A stretch of DNA of 37,288 nt from Gemmatimonadales bacterium (GTDB lineage: Bacteria; Gemmatimonadota; Gemmatimonadetes; Gemmatimonadales; GWC2-71-9): assembly GCA_041615815.1 (NCBI GenBank), contig JBFJCP010000036.1:1-37288 (forward strand), read 5' to 3'. How positions within the stretch are numbered: position 1 is the first letter of the stretch; each line of letters starts with the position of its first letter. Below are positions 9,152 through 19,463 of the stretch, one piece after another. The position numbers were made by a program, and so were the translations under genes. The notes below the pieces were generated by a model that ran no database searches, was not told the DNA's origin, and saw only the letters and a list, made by a program, of their open reading frames with translations.

Positions 9152-9655
9152 ATGTTCAACCTCAAGCCCATCCACCCGGACGGCATTCACGCCGCCCTCG
9201 AGAAGGCCGAGCATTATCGCCTGCTCAACGAGCCGTGGGAGGCGCAGAGCATTTGCGAGGATGTGCTAGCGATCGACGAGGACAATCAGCAGGCGCTCGT
9301 CACCCTGCTGCTCTCCCTCACGGACCAATTCGGCAAGGAGATGGGTGCCAACATGCGCGAGGCTCGGGCGCTTCTGCCGCGGATAGAAGGGGAGTACGAA
9401 CAGGCCTATTACGCGGGGATGATCGCCGAGCGTCGGGCCAAGGCGCACCTCCACCGGGGTGGTCCGGGGTTTGGGGAAGTGGCGTACGAGATGTTGCGCG
9501 AAGCCATGGAGCAGTACGAACGGGCCGAATCGCTGAGTCCGGCGGGGAATGATGACGCCATCCTTCGGTGGAACACCTGCGCGCGGATCCTGAGCCGCCA
9601 TTCGCAACACCTGAAGCCCGTGGTCCGCGATCGGATGGAGCATCAGTTGGAATAG
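9152..9655 (+). CDS. Hypothetical all-helical (TPR-like) protein
   Basis: AAGGAG RBS; amphipathic helices with TPR-like patterns (ALEKAEHYRLL, YYAGMIAERRAKA, AMEQYERAESLSP.GNDDAILRWNTC). Confidence 0.8.
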   Translation: MFNLKPIHPDGIHAALEKAEHYRLLNEPWEAQSICEDVLAIDEDNQQALVTLLLSLTDQFGKEMGANMREARALLPRIEGEYEQAYYAGMIAERRAKAHLHRGGPGFGEVAYEMLREAMEQYERAESLSPAGNDDAILRWNTCARILSRHSQHLKPVVRDRMEHQLE

Positions 9656-9730
9656 CAGGAGCGCCAGCGGTCGCCGGGGCGACCCTGCCGCATCCATCCC
9701 CACCGCCGCCTCTAGCGCGCTTTCTCCATT

Positions 9731-9855
9731 GTCCGTTCCTGGGACGCGGCATCCCAAGTCCGAGAGAGGCTTCTGGGAGCCGGTGCTCGCGACTTCGTTC
9801 CAACCTATTATCTTTCAAACAGTTAGATCCGGATCATCGCTGGCACGCTCTTTCC
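9731..9855 (+). promoter_or_regulatory. Sigma-54 promoter module 1 (enhancer, IHF-like box, -24/-12)
   Basis: Enhancer GTCCGTTCCTGGGAC-GCG-GCATCCCA at 9731; box at 9799-9826; TGGCACGCTCTTTCC at 9841-9855, where -12 is TTCC rather than TTGC. Confidence 0.7.
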
Positions 9856-9957
9856 TTAATAGGGAGGGAGCCGTGGGACCGCCGATCGGTGGGAGATTCC
9901 AGCAGAAACTTCCTCATGGCGGCATCGTAGGACTAGGACAGTAGAGAGGATCACTGA

Positions 9958-11202
9958 GTGGATATACCGCGCGAACCTCCCAAGAAGCGCAAACGCTACG
10001 TCTACGGTGGAGCGGTCGTGGCCGCGGTCGTCGGTGCGTTCGTTGCCCTCGGCAACCTCAAGCCGGCGGCGCCGTCCGTCGATCGTGCGACGGTGTACAT
10101 GGACAGCGTGCAGCGCGGAACCATGGTGCGGCAGGTCCGCGGTCCCGGCACGCTCGTGCCGGAACAGATTCGCTTCGTGCCGGCCATTACGGCCGGCCGC
10201 GTGGAGCGCAAGCTCGTCGAGCCCGGTTCCGAGGTGGAGCCCGGGACCATCCTGCTCGAGCTGAGTAACCCGGAGGTGCAGCTCGAGCTGCTCGAAGCCG
10301 AGCGCCAGCTCGCGGGCGTCCAGGCAGAGCTCGTCAATCTACGCACCACCCTCGAGACGCAGCGGCTCAATCAGCGAGGGCTCGTGGCGACGACGCGTGC
10401 GTCCTACCTCGAGACCAAGCGCAACGCGGAGGCGGGCGAGGAGTTGGCGGCCAAGGGATTGATCGCCGAGGCGGAACTGGCGTCCCTCAAGGAGCGCGCG
10501 GAGGAGCTCGCGGTGCGCCTGGATGTCGAGCAGCAGCGCCTCAAGACGATCAGCGAGTCCATCAAACCGCAGATCGAGGTCCAGGAGAACCAGGTGAGGC
10601 GGCTCACGGAGATCGTCGCGTTCCAGCGCAGGCGCGTGGGGTCCATGCAGGTCTCCGCGGGGGCAGGTGGCGTGTTGCGGGATATGCCCCTCGAGGAGGG
10701 TCAATGGGTGCTTCCGGGACAGACGCTCGCCGTCGTGGTACGGCCGGAACGTCTCAAAGCCGTGCTCCGCATCCCGGAGACGCAAGCACGCGACGTGGTC
10801 TTGGGTCAAAACGTGCTCGTGGACACCCGGACCGATACGATCATGGGGCGCGTCAGTCGGATCGATCCCGCCGTGCAGAACGGTGCGGTAGCCGTGGATG
10901 TCCGCATCGAAGGTGATCTGCCTCCGGGCGCCCGGCCGGATCTCTCCGTCGACGGGACCATCGAGATCGACCGCCTGGACGACGCCCTGTTCGTGGGTCG
11001 TCCGGCCTATGGACAGGCCTTTAGCACCGTGGGGCTCTTTCGCCTCACCGAGGACGGAAACTTTGCCGAGCGGGTGACCGTACGGCTCGGAAGGAGCTCG
11101 GTGAACACCATCGAGCTGGTGGAGGGGTTGCAGGTGGGAGATGTCGTCATCCTGTCGGACATGTCCCAGTGGGATGCGTACGATCGGGTGCGGCTGAGAT
11201 AG
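9958..11202 (+). CDS. Efflux periplasmic adaptor (membrane fusion protein, HlyD/MacA family)
   Basis: N-terminal anchor, lipoyl-like half motifs (GRVERKLVEPGSEV; GQWV.PGQTL), long coiled-coil hairpin and GLQVGDVVILSD. Confidence 0.9.
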   Translation: MDIPREPPKKRKRYVYGGAVVAAVVGAFVALGNLKPAAPSVDRATVYMDSVQRGTMVRQVRGPGTLVPEQIRFVPAITAGRVERKLVEPGSEVEPGTILLELSNPEVQLELLEAERQLAGVQAELVNLRTTLETQRLNQRGLVATTRASYLETKRNAEAGEELAAKGLIAEAELASLKERAEELAVRLDVEQQRLKTISESIKPQIEVQENQVRRLTEIVAFQRRRVGSMQVSAGAGGVLRDMPLEEGQWVLPGQTLAVVVRPERLKAVLRIPETQARDVVLGQNVLVDTRTDTIMGRVSRIDPAVQNGAVAVDVRIEGDLPPGARPDLSVDGTIEIDRLDDALFVGRPAYGQAFSTVGLFRLTEDGNFAERVTVRLGRSSVNTIELVEGLQVGDVVILSDMSQWDAYDRVRLR

Positions 11203-11205
11203 AAT

Positions 11206-11263
11206 TAGGTTCTAGAGGCTAGGGGCTAGGGGCTAGGGGTTAGGGGGCTAGGGGTCAGGGGGC
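11206..11263 (+). repeat. Tandem telomere-like heptamer array TAGGGG(C/T), 8 imperfect units (family A, G arm)
   Basis: taggttc tagaggc taggggc taggggc taggggt tagggggc taggggt cagggggc, starting 3 nt after the adaptor stop codon. Confidence 0.9.
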
Positions 11264-11379
11264 CAAGCAACGCCCCGCACGGGACCCAGCCCCCCACACG
11301 CCAGCCCGCAACGTTCCATGGCGGTCGAGTATCTAAGCAGAGACCGTGAGGGTCTCACGCCCACAGAGGAGAGTTCGTT

Positions 11380-12122
<743 letters not shown>

Positions 12123-12126
<4 letters not shown>

Positions 12127-12833
12127 GTGCGCTGATTCAGCTCCGTAACCTCGAGAAGTACTACGAAACCGGTGCCGGGCGGACCTATGTCCTGCGTCGG
12201 ATCACGCTCGACATATCCCCGGGCGACTTCGTGACCGTCATGGGACCGTCCGGCGCGGGGAAGTCCACGCTGCTCAGCATTCTCGGCATGCTCGACGGCT
12301 CGTGGAGTGGTGAGTTCTACTTTTTGCACGACGCCGTGCACACCATGAAGCCCAAGGCGCGCGTGGCGCTCAACAAGCAGTACATCGGCTTCGTCTTCCA
12401 GCAGTACCATCTCCTCGACGACCTCACCGTAGCCGAGAACCTGGACCTGCCGCTCTCGTATCGAGGAGTCAAGAAGAAAGACCGTCAGTCTCTGGTGGCC
12501 GACGTGTTGGATCGTTTCAGCATCGTCGCCAAGCGGGATCTCTTCCCGAGCCAACTCTCCGGTGGGCAGCAACAGCTCGTGGCGGTGGCCCGAGCGGTCA
12601 TCGGCAACCCGAGGGTCATCCTCGCCGACGAGCCCACCGGGAGCCTCCATTCGTCACAGGGCAAGATGATCATGGACCTCCTCAAACGGCTGAACGACGA
12701 GGGAACCACGATCGTCCAGGTCACCCACAACGAATCCTACGCGGCCTACGGGAACAAGGTGATCCAGTTGTTCGATGGGTGGATCAGTGACGGTGAGCCG
12801 GTGGGGTCCGGGACGGAAGGAGCTAGGGCCTAG
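12123..12833 (+). CDS. Second ABC ATP-binding protein (MacB/LolD family) with atypical D-loop
   Basis: GPSGAGKS, LSGGQQQLVAVARA, ILADEPTGSLHS and VTHN; GTGA overlap with the first ATPase. Confidence 0.93.
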
Positions 12834-12847
12834 GGCCCCGGGGTCGC

Positions 12848-13087
12848 TCACTCCTTTCTCGTTACGCCCAAGTCGTCGCTCCCGTTGGCTGCCCGCTCGC
12901 CGCTGCCTGCGCGTCCCAGCACCCGTAACCCCACCGCCAACAAGAGCACCCCCACGGCGCTCCAAATCACCCACGTGTTTTCCAGCCGCACCCCGAGCAG
13001 AATCAGCGCGCCCGCCAACACGAAGAGCGCCAGCTTCAAACGATAGAAGCGGTCGGGTCCGCGGCGCGATCGACTTGCCCAGAGCAT
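12848..13087 (-). CDS. Small two-TM membrane protein
   Basis: Two clear hydrophobic helices with basic flanks fill the gap; RBS spacing is poor. Confidence 0.5.
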   Translation of the reverse strand: MLWASRSRRGPDRFYRLKLALFVLAGALILLGVRLENTWVIWSAVGVLLLAVGLRVLGRAGSGERAANGSDDLGVTRKE

Positions 13088-13117
13088 GCTCCAAGGTAAT
13101 CGTCATCCCCAATGCCC

Positions 13118-13242
13118 GTCCGGATCTGGGAAGTGCCATCCCAGTCCCGGACACCGGATCCATCGTCTCGTGGAGGGTGCCCCGTGCTAAGTCACCCGTT
13201 GAATGGAAGTTGGTGAGTGCCCCCGGATGGCATTTGGTTTGC
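13118..13242 (+). promoter_or_regulatory. Sigma-54 promoter module 2
   Basis: Enhancer GTCCGGATCTGGGAA-GTG-CCATCCCA at 13118; box at 13186-13213; TGGCATTTGGTTTGC at 13228-13242. Confidence 0.8.
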
Positions 13243-13284
13243 CTATCGTCCCGGGGAGGGAGGTGTCGTGTGAACCGAGCTCAG

Positions 13285-13321
13285 GCGACGCGGCCTGCTG
13301 GAGGCATTGCGGAGTGAGTAG
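13285..13321 (+). pseudogene. Possible remnant of a permease 3' end (ATR...LEALRSE*)
   Basis: GCGACGCGG-CCTG-CTG GAG GCA TTG CGG AGT GAG TAG matches the [11 protein letters not shown](S/Y)E* tails of neighbouring permeases and is followed by a G-arm. Confidence 0.5.
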
Positions 13322-13400
13322 GGGCCAGGGGTTCGGGCCGGGGAATCCGGGGGGCTTGCGGCCCCGCTATTCAGGATGTTCGTCGCCGGTTGTTTCGTCT

Positions 13401-13436
13401 CTAGTCCCTCGTCCCTAGCACGTAACACCTAGTCCC
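13401..13436 (+). repeat. Family A C-arm heptamers abutting the permease 1 start
   Basis: ctagtcc ctcgtcc ctagcac gtaacac ctagtcc c followed directly by ATG. Confidence 0.75.
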
Positions 13437-15908
13437 ATGCTCTCCGATCTCCGCTACGCACTCCGCGTTTTCGGCAAAAACCCCGGCTTCACGACGGCGG
13501 CGGTGCTCACGCTCGCGCTCGGAATCGGCGCGACCACGGCCATCTTCAGCATGGCGGATGCCGTACTGCTCCGTGCGCCCCCGGTGCACGAACCGGATCG
13601 CTTGGCCGTGATCTATACGACCTGTCGGCGCGGTGACCTTCGGTGCTCGTCCTCCTATCCGGACTACGTCGATTACCGCGACCGGTCGAGATCGTTCGGG
13701 GACATGGCGGCATACAGTTGGGTCCCGCTCAACGTCGGTGATGGCTCGTCCGCACGGCTCGCCACCGGACAAATGGTGACCGGGAACTATTTCTCGCTTT
13801 TCGGGCTCACCCCAGCGATCGGTCGACTGGTCGTGCCGGACGACGATGCGCGGGCCAACCCGCAGACCGTCGCCGTCGTGAGCCATGTGTTTTGGACCGA
13901 CTTTTTGGGCGCTGATCGAGACGCGGTGGGTACGGAGATTCGACTGAACGGCACGCCGTACACGATTGTGGGTGTCGCGCCAGCAGGATTCACAGGGGCG
14001 GACCTCGGCGGCGAACCCGATCTGTGGCTTCCCATGTTCACCGGCGGGTTACTGGGTGACGGCGTGGGATCGGTGGGTGAGCCCGACATCTTCGACAGCC
14101 GCGGCAACCGTTGGATTCACGCCATCATCGGGAGATTGGCGCACGAAGCATCGATCGAACAGGCGCAGGCGGAGATGCTGGCGATCTCCGACGGCCTGCG
14201 CGAGCTGGACCCCGAGGCGCGTGGACCCCGGAGCGTCACCGTGGAACCGCTTGGTGGTTACATCCTTCCGCTGGGCCGAAGCCGAGCAGAGCTGGTGCGG
14301 TTCGTCACCCTGCTCGTTGCCACGGTTGGGATCGCGCTGCTCCTCGCGAGTGCCAATCTCGCCAATCTGTTGCTGAGCCGTGCCCTGGCGCGCCAGCGCG
14401 AGATGGGTATTCGGCTCGCGGTCGGTGCGGGGCGGATCCGCCTCGTGCGACAACTGCTCACGGAGAGTCTGACGCTGGCGGTGGGGGGCGGTCTCGCAGG
14501 ACTCATCGTCGCAACGTGGCTGCTGGATGTTCTCGCGGTGTTCGAGCTTCCCGGAGGTGTGGTGGTGCGAACGCTCGACGTGCACCTCGATGGACGGATG
14601 CTGGTGATTGCGATGGCACTTTCGACCATCACCGGAGTTCTGTTCGGCCTCGTGCCCGCGTGGCAATCCACCCATACGAACTTGAGCGCCGCGCTCAAGG
14701 GGGAAAACCGTGCTGTGCGGGGCCCACGCCAGCGGCTTCGCAAGGCATTGGTCGGCATCCAGGTGGCCCTGTGCCTCGTCCTGCTGGTAGGCGCTGCGGT
14801 TTTCCTACGCACGCTGCGACACGGGATGACCATGAACCCTGGATTCGACGACGAGAACGTGGCGGTCGCGAATTTCAATCTTTCGCTCGTGCGATATTCG
14901 CCGGAACGTGCGACGGGCTTCATCGACGATCTGTTGGAGCGGGCGCGCGGTCTTCCGGGGGTGGAAGCGGCGAGCGTCGCAACGCTCGTCCCCATGCAGC
15001 AAGGAGGATTTCTCGGGACGTTTGTCGAGGTCGATGGTTACGAGCCGGCACCGGACGAGCGGATCCGCGTCGACTATGCGTTCGTTGGCCCGGACTTCTT
15101 CCGGGCGCTCGGTGTCCCCCTCCGAGAGGGTCGCGGGTTCACAGCCGGCGACCGTGGGGACGAGGCTCCGGTGGCCGTCGTCAATGAGTTCATGGCGCAG
15201 CGCTACTGGCCGGACGGCCCGGTCGTCGGTGGCCGCCTCCACTTGGGCGAGAGGACGTTCAACGTCATCGGGGTGGCCGGGGACCTCAAGTGGCGCAGGC
15301 TGACGGAGGATCCAACACCCTACGTGTTCTTTCCCATCGCGCAATCGCCCACCACGATGGCTCAACGGTCGCTGACACTCGTGGTGAGGGGAGGAGACGG
15401 TGACGTGCGATCGCTGCTTCCCCTCATCCAACAGCGAATACGGGAGCTGGATCCCGATCTGTCGCTTGCGAACCTCGAGCCCCTGCGCACCCAGGTCCGT
15501 CGGGTGCTGATGCCCCAACGCATGGGGAGCCTGCTGCTCGTGATGCTGGGAGCTCTGGCAGTGGTCCTCGCGGTGATTGGGATCTATGGGGTCGTGGCGT
15601 ACGCGGCCAGCGAGCAGACTCGTGCCATCGGTGTGCGTATGGCACTCGGCGCAACGCGGAATGACATCGTGCGGCTGATGGCCCGAGAGGGGACAACTCC
15701 GCTCCTCCTTGGCCTCGGAGCCGGTGGGGCGGGCGGACTCGTGCTGACCAGGGCCCTCCAACGCTTTACGATTGGTGCGAGCGCAGTGGACCCGTTGGCC
15801 TTCGGCGCCGCCACGATCGTCCTGGTCTCGGTTGCCAGCCTGGCCACGCTGATTCCGGCACGAAGAGCGGCGGGTATCGATCCGATGGCGGCGTTGCGAA
15901 GTGAGTAA
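13437..15908 (+). CDS. ABC permease 1, duplicated MacB_PCD/FtsX (ADOP-like)
   Basis: DLRYALR..PGFT..AVLTLALGIGATTAIFS; ANLANLLL.R...R.REMGIR.A.GAGR; second half IGVRMALGA; PARRAA.IDPM.ALRSE. Confidence 0.93.
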   Translation: MLSDLRYALRVFGKNPGFTTAAVLTLALGIGATTAIFSMADAVLLRAPPVHEPDRLAVIYTTCRRGDLRCSSSYPDYVDYRDRSRSFGDMAAYSWVPLNVGDGSSARLATGQMVTGNYFSLFGLTPAIGRLVVPDDDARANPQTVAVVSHVFWTDFLGADRDAVGTEIRLNGTPYTIVGVAPAGFTGADLGGEPDLWLPMFTGGLLGDGVGSVGEPDIFDSRGNRWIHAIIGRLAHEASIEQAQAEMLAISDGLRELDPEARGPRSVTVEPLGGYILPLGRSRAELVRFVTLLVATVGIALLLASANLANLLLSRALARQREMGIRLAVGAGRIRLVRQLLTESLTLAVGGGLAGLIVATWLLDVLAVFELPGGVVVRTLDVHLDGRMLVIAMALSTITGVLFGLVPAWQSTHTNLSAALKGENRAVRGPRQRLRKALVGIQVALCLVLLVGAAVFLRTLRHGMTMNPGFDDENVAVANFNLSLVRYSPERATGFIDDLLERARGLPGVEAASVATLVPMQQGGFLGTFVEVDGYEPAPDERIRVDYAFVGPDFFRALGVPLREGRGFTAGDRGDEAPVAVVNEFMAQRYWPDGPVVGGRLHLGERTFNVIGVAGDLKWRRLTEDPTPYVFFPIAQSPTTMAQRSLTLVVRGGDGDVRSLLPLIQQRIRELDPDLSLANLEPLRTQVRRVLMPQRMGSLLLVMLGALAVVLAVIGIYGVVAYAASEQTRAIGVRMALGATRNDIVRLMAREGTTPLLLGLGAGGAGGLVLTRALQRFTIGASAVDPLAFGAATIVLVSVASLATLIPARRAAGIDPMAALRSE

Positions 15909-15915
15909 TAGTGAG

Positions 15916-16021
15916 AGGGTGGGGCTAGGGGTCACGGACCTTGTGGCTTCTATGCAGGAACCTCGCGGCCGCTACTCTCTCGTCCCGAGTCCCTAACCCC
16001 TAACCCCTAACCCCTAACCCC
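15916..16021. repeat. Family A inverted pair: G arm (GGGTGGGGCTAGGGGTC) and C arm (TAACCCC)x4
   Basis: Four perfect TAACCCC copies at 15994-16021 end at the ATG of permease 2; the G arm follows the TAA-TAG-TGA stops. Confidence 0.9.
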
Positions 16022-18490
16022 ATGCTCCCCGATCTCCGCTACGCCCTTCGGACGCTTCGAACGCATCCCGGTCTCACCGCCGCCGTGGTACTCACCTTGG
16101 CGCTGGGGATCGGCGCTGCGTCGACGATTTTCAGCGCGATCAACACCGTGCTGCTGCGAGAACTCCCCATTCGAGACCCCGATCGGGTGGTGCGGATCTT
16201 CGCCATGGAGCCGCGTGCCGGTTTGCGCGATGACTTCTCCTGGCCGGAGTATACGGACCTCAAACAACCGGCACGGGCGTTCTCGGGGGTCATTGCGGTC
16301 GATGCGCTGTCGGCCGGATTCAGCATCGAGGGAAACAGTGAGCTTGTGACCGGCGAGTTCGTTTCCGCGAACTACTTCGACGTTTTGGGTGTCCGACCAG
16401 CGGTGGGTCGAGGGTTTCTCCCGGAGGAGGAGCTGGAACCTGGTGCCCATCCTGTCGTCGTCATCAGTCATGGACTCTGGCAGCGGTTGGCTGACGGGGA
16501 TTCCAGCGTCGTCGGCCGGACGGCCCAGGTCAATAACTCGAGCTACACGATTGTCGGCGTGGCGCCCGAGGGATTCGGCGGTACCAATTTCGCGTTGGCT
16601 CGTGATGTCTGGATTCCACTCATGATGCGTGACAGGGTGACGGGTGGTGGAGCGACGGGAGGCCTGCCGTCGATGGGGACCGACTCGTGGCATCGCAATC
16701 GCCGCGCGCATGTCGTGCAGGTACTCGGACGCCTTGGCGACGGGGTGAAACGGGGCGAGGCCGCGCGGGCGCTGAACCAGACGTTCGGTACGTGGGCAGC
16801 CCTCTTCCCTGGCATGTACGATGGTGTGACGAGCAGGGTGGTTGCGGAGCGCGCAGGATTGATCAATCCCGAAATGCCGGAACTGGTGACGGCGTCCCGA
16901 CTCTTGGCGCTCACTGTGGTGGGTCTCGTGTTGCTGATCGTGTGCGCCAACGTGATGGGTCTGCTGCTCGCACGCGCGGTCGCGCGGGAGCGAGAGATCG
17001 GCGTGCGGACCGCCCTCGGCGCGACTCGTGCCCGCCTCGTGCAACAGCTACTCACGGAAAGCGTGGTGCTGGCAGTTCCTGCGGGTCTGCTGGGTCTCCT
17101 GCTCGCCACCTGGGCCACGCCCATTTATACCGCCTTCCTACCGAGCGCCGTGCCGCTCGCCGTCGATTTCTCCCCAGATGTCATGGTCATGGCGTTCGCG
17201 TTCCTTTCAGCGATTGGGGCCGCGATCGTCTTCGGCTTGGTTCCCGCTGCGTTCGCAACGCGGGCCGGAATCACGAACGCGCTCCATGATCAGCGTGGCC
17301 AGGTCGGCGTTCGGCGGGCACGCACAGGACTGATTCGCGGCGTGGTAGGAGCACAGGTGGCCCTGTCGGTGGTGGTGCTGATGACCGCCGGGCTCTTGAT
17401 TCGTGCCACCTTATGGCAGCAGGCCGTGGACCCCGGTTACGACGTCGCCGGTCGCGTGGCGCTGGCGCTCGATGTTCGCGTGAACGGCTACGATGAGACG
17501 GCGGGACGTCAGTTCTATGCCCACCTCCTCGAGCAAGTCCAACGCCTGCCCACCGTACGGTCGGCGAGTCTGGCACGCTCCGGTGCGTTTGGCTTGCCGG
17601 GCACAACGAACGTGCTGAGCGCCACGCAACCGACAGAGGGGAACACCGCCGGCGTGGCCATGGGATTCAACATCGTGGGACCCGATTACTTCCGCACGTT
17701 GGGAATTCCGTTGCTCGCCGGGCGGGATTTTGACACCCGTGATCGTGCGGAAAGTCCGCACGTCGCGATCGTGAATCAAACGTTCGTCAGCCGTTTCTGG
17801 CCGGGCGGTGATGCCGTGGGTCGTCGGATCGTAATCGATGAAACCCGCGGTCCGGCGGAGATCATTGGCGTGGCAGCGGATGCCAAGTACTCGGCCATCG
17901 CGGAAGCGCCACGACCCTTCGTGTACTTGCCGTTGGAGCAACACTATCGGGCACCGATGACCCTGTACGTCTGGACAGGTGGAGACGAGCGCACGCTCGT
18001 ACAACCCATTAGGGACGTGATCGGACAACTCGACAGGACACTCCCGGTGGCCGGAGTGATGACGTTGCAGGAGGCAGTGGACACAGATTTGGCGCTCGCT
18101 CGCACGGCTGCCGTCCTCGCCACATCCGTGGGAGCACTGGCGCTGTTTCTGACAGCCGTGGGTCTGTATGGCATTCTGGCTTTCGGGGTGACCCGCCGGA
18201 CACGGGAGATTGGGATTCGCATGGCGGTGGGCGCGCACCGAAGAGACGTGCTCTGGCTCGTGATTCGGCAAGGGATCGCGACCGTGGGTCTCGCCGTGGG
18301 TGTTGGCTTGACCGCGGCGCTCTATCTCGGCGGATTGCTCGAGGGTCTCTTCTTCGAGATCTCCCCGCGCGACCCAGGCACGCTGGCGTTGGTCGTGACC
18401 GTGCTCCTCGGTATCGCGCTGCTCGCCATGTACCTGCCGGCCCGGCGGGCGGCACGGGTCGACCCGATGGATGCGTTGCGGACGGACTAG
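16022..18490 (+). CDS. ABC permease 2 (ADOP-like)
   Basis: Same duplicated MacB/FtsX motifs; begins MLPDLRYALR and ends PARRAARVDPMDALRTD. Confidence 0.93.
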   Translation: MLPDLRYALRTLRTHPGLTAAVVLTLALGIGAASTIFSAINTVLLRELPIRDPDRVVRIFAMEPRAGLRDDFSWPEYTDLKQPARAFSGVIAVDALSAGFSIEGNSELVTGEFVSANYFDVLGVRPAVGRGFLPEEELEPGAHPVVVISHGLWQRLADGDSSVVGRTAQVNNSSYTIVGVAPEGFGGTNFALARDVWIPLMMRDRVTGGGATGGLPSMGTDSWHRNRRAHVVQVLGRLGDGVKRGEAARALNQTFGTWAALFPGMYDGVTSRVVAERAGLINPEMPELVTASRLLALTVVGLVLLIVCANVMGLLLARAVAREREIGVRTALGATRARLVQQLLTESVVLAVPAGLLGLLLATWATPIYTAFLPSAVPLAVDFSPDVMVMAFAFLSAIGAAIVFGLVPAAFATRAGITNALHDQRGQVGVRRARTGLIRGVVGAQVALSVVVLMTAGLLIRATLWQQAVDPGYDVAGRVALALDVRVNGYDETAGRQFYAHLLEQVQRLPTVRSASLARSGAFGLPGTTNVLSATQPTEGNTAGVAMGFNIVGPDYFRTLGIPLLAGRDFDTRDRAESPHVAIVNQTFVSRFWPGGDAVGRRIVIDETRGPAEIIGVAADAKYSAIAEAPRPFVYLPLEQHYRAPMTLYVWTGGDERTLVQPIRDVIGQLDRTLPVAGVMTLQEAVDTDLALARTAAVLATSVGALALFLTAVGLYGILAFGVTRRTREIGIRMAVGAHRRDVLWLVIRQGIATVGLAVGVGLTAALYLGGLLEGLFFEISPRDPGTLALVVTVLLGIALLAMYLPARRAARVDPMDALRTD

Positions 18491-18596
18491 GTGTTGGAGG
18501 GGTCGGTCCAGCGTGCTTCGTTCCTCGGCAGAGTGCCCGTCGCCCCTTGCCTGTCCTCGATCTCCTTCCCCGTCAGGCCGTTGCTTCCGCCCGGGC

Positions 18597-19463
18597 CTAG
18601 CGCCCTCCGAAGGTCGAGAATTCGATGAGACGCAACGTCCCGATCTCCGTAGTCTCGCCCGTTTCCAGATCCATCGGCCGCTTGCCGAGGAGGTAGGGCG
18701 GGCGATCGATGACGAAGTTCTGCATCACACGGGCACTCTCCATCCCCAGCGGGTAACTGACAACCCAGGCTTGGTGCTCACCGTAGGGCTCGGTCTCAAT
18801 GGTCTCTCGTCCAGATACTTGAAAGGGCCGCGCACCCAGGATGTTCGACGCGGCGGGCGCGTCCGCGGCGGTGAAGCGAATGCGTTGCGCGTCCTGCAGC
18901 CCCATCGAGCCCACGACCCACAGAGCTGGTGCCCCGAGTTGCGGGGTGGGGACGGGGTCGGCCTCAACTGTTCCCTTTCCGGTCGCGGCTTCGACCATGG
19001 TTGCGCGGACGGGCCCCTGGTCCGCATGGACCAAAAGGTAGTCTTTCGCCGTGCCCGGCACCGGCGAGATCTGGAAGAGCAAGCGCTGGTCTGCCTCTGC
19101 GAAGACTCGGGTTTGCACCCGCGCCGAGGTGTCGTCGTAGTCGACGTTCCCGGCGTCGATCAAGGTGACCATGATCGCGCCCGTCTCGCCCCAGGCCACC
19201 CGCTCAGCCATGATGATCACTCGGTCCTCGCGTTGTTGTCCCTTTCCGTCTCGATAGACACGCTCGTACACGGCACGGAAGGGTTCAAAATTCCTCAGGG
19301 GGATCTCCCCGGGCGCCACGGCGGGCCAGGTCTGCCAGTCCGCGAACGCAGCCTTCGTCGGGTGGACGTCTTGGGGGCGCTGTGAACTCGCGTCTTGGCA
19401 CCCCACCACCCCCGCCACACCCGCGAGCAACGCGCACCGCATCCAGGGTAGCACCTTCATCAT
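18597..19463 (-). CDS. Hypothetical lipoprotein
   Basis: GGAGG RBS before ATG 19463; signal peptide with lipobox-like VVGC; beta-rich body. Confidence 0.75.
   Translation of the reverse strand: MMKVLPWMRCALLAGVAGVVGCQDASSQRPQDVHPTKAAFADWQTWPAVAPGEIPLRNFEPFRAVYERVYRDGKGQQREDRVIIMAERVAWGETGAIMVTLIDAGNVDYDDTSARVQTRVFAEADQRLLFQISPVPGTAKDYLLVHADQGPVRATMVEAATGKGTVEADPVPTPQLGAPALWVVGSMGLQDAQRIRFTAADAPAASNILGARPFQVSGRETIETEPYGEHQAWVVSYPLGMESARVMQNFVIDRPPYLLGKRPMDLETGETTEIGTLRLIEFSTFGGR

Noticed and set aside
15994..16021. (TAACCCC)4 as eukaryotic telomere contamination or a chromosome end
   Set aside because: The tract is short, internal, seamlessly joined to bacterial genes and part of a degenerate family across the locus.
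18471..19385. Plus-strand 304-aa ORF opposite the lipoprotein
   Set aside because: The minus-strand ORF has the RBS, signal peptide and protein-like composition; the plus-strand one does not.
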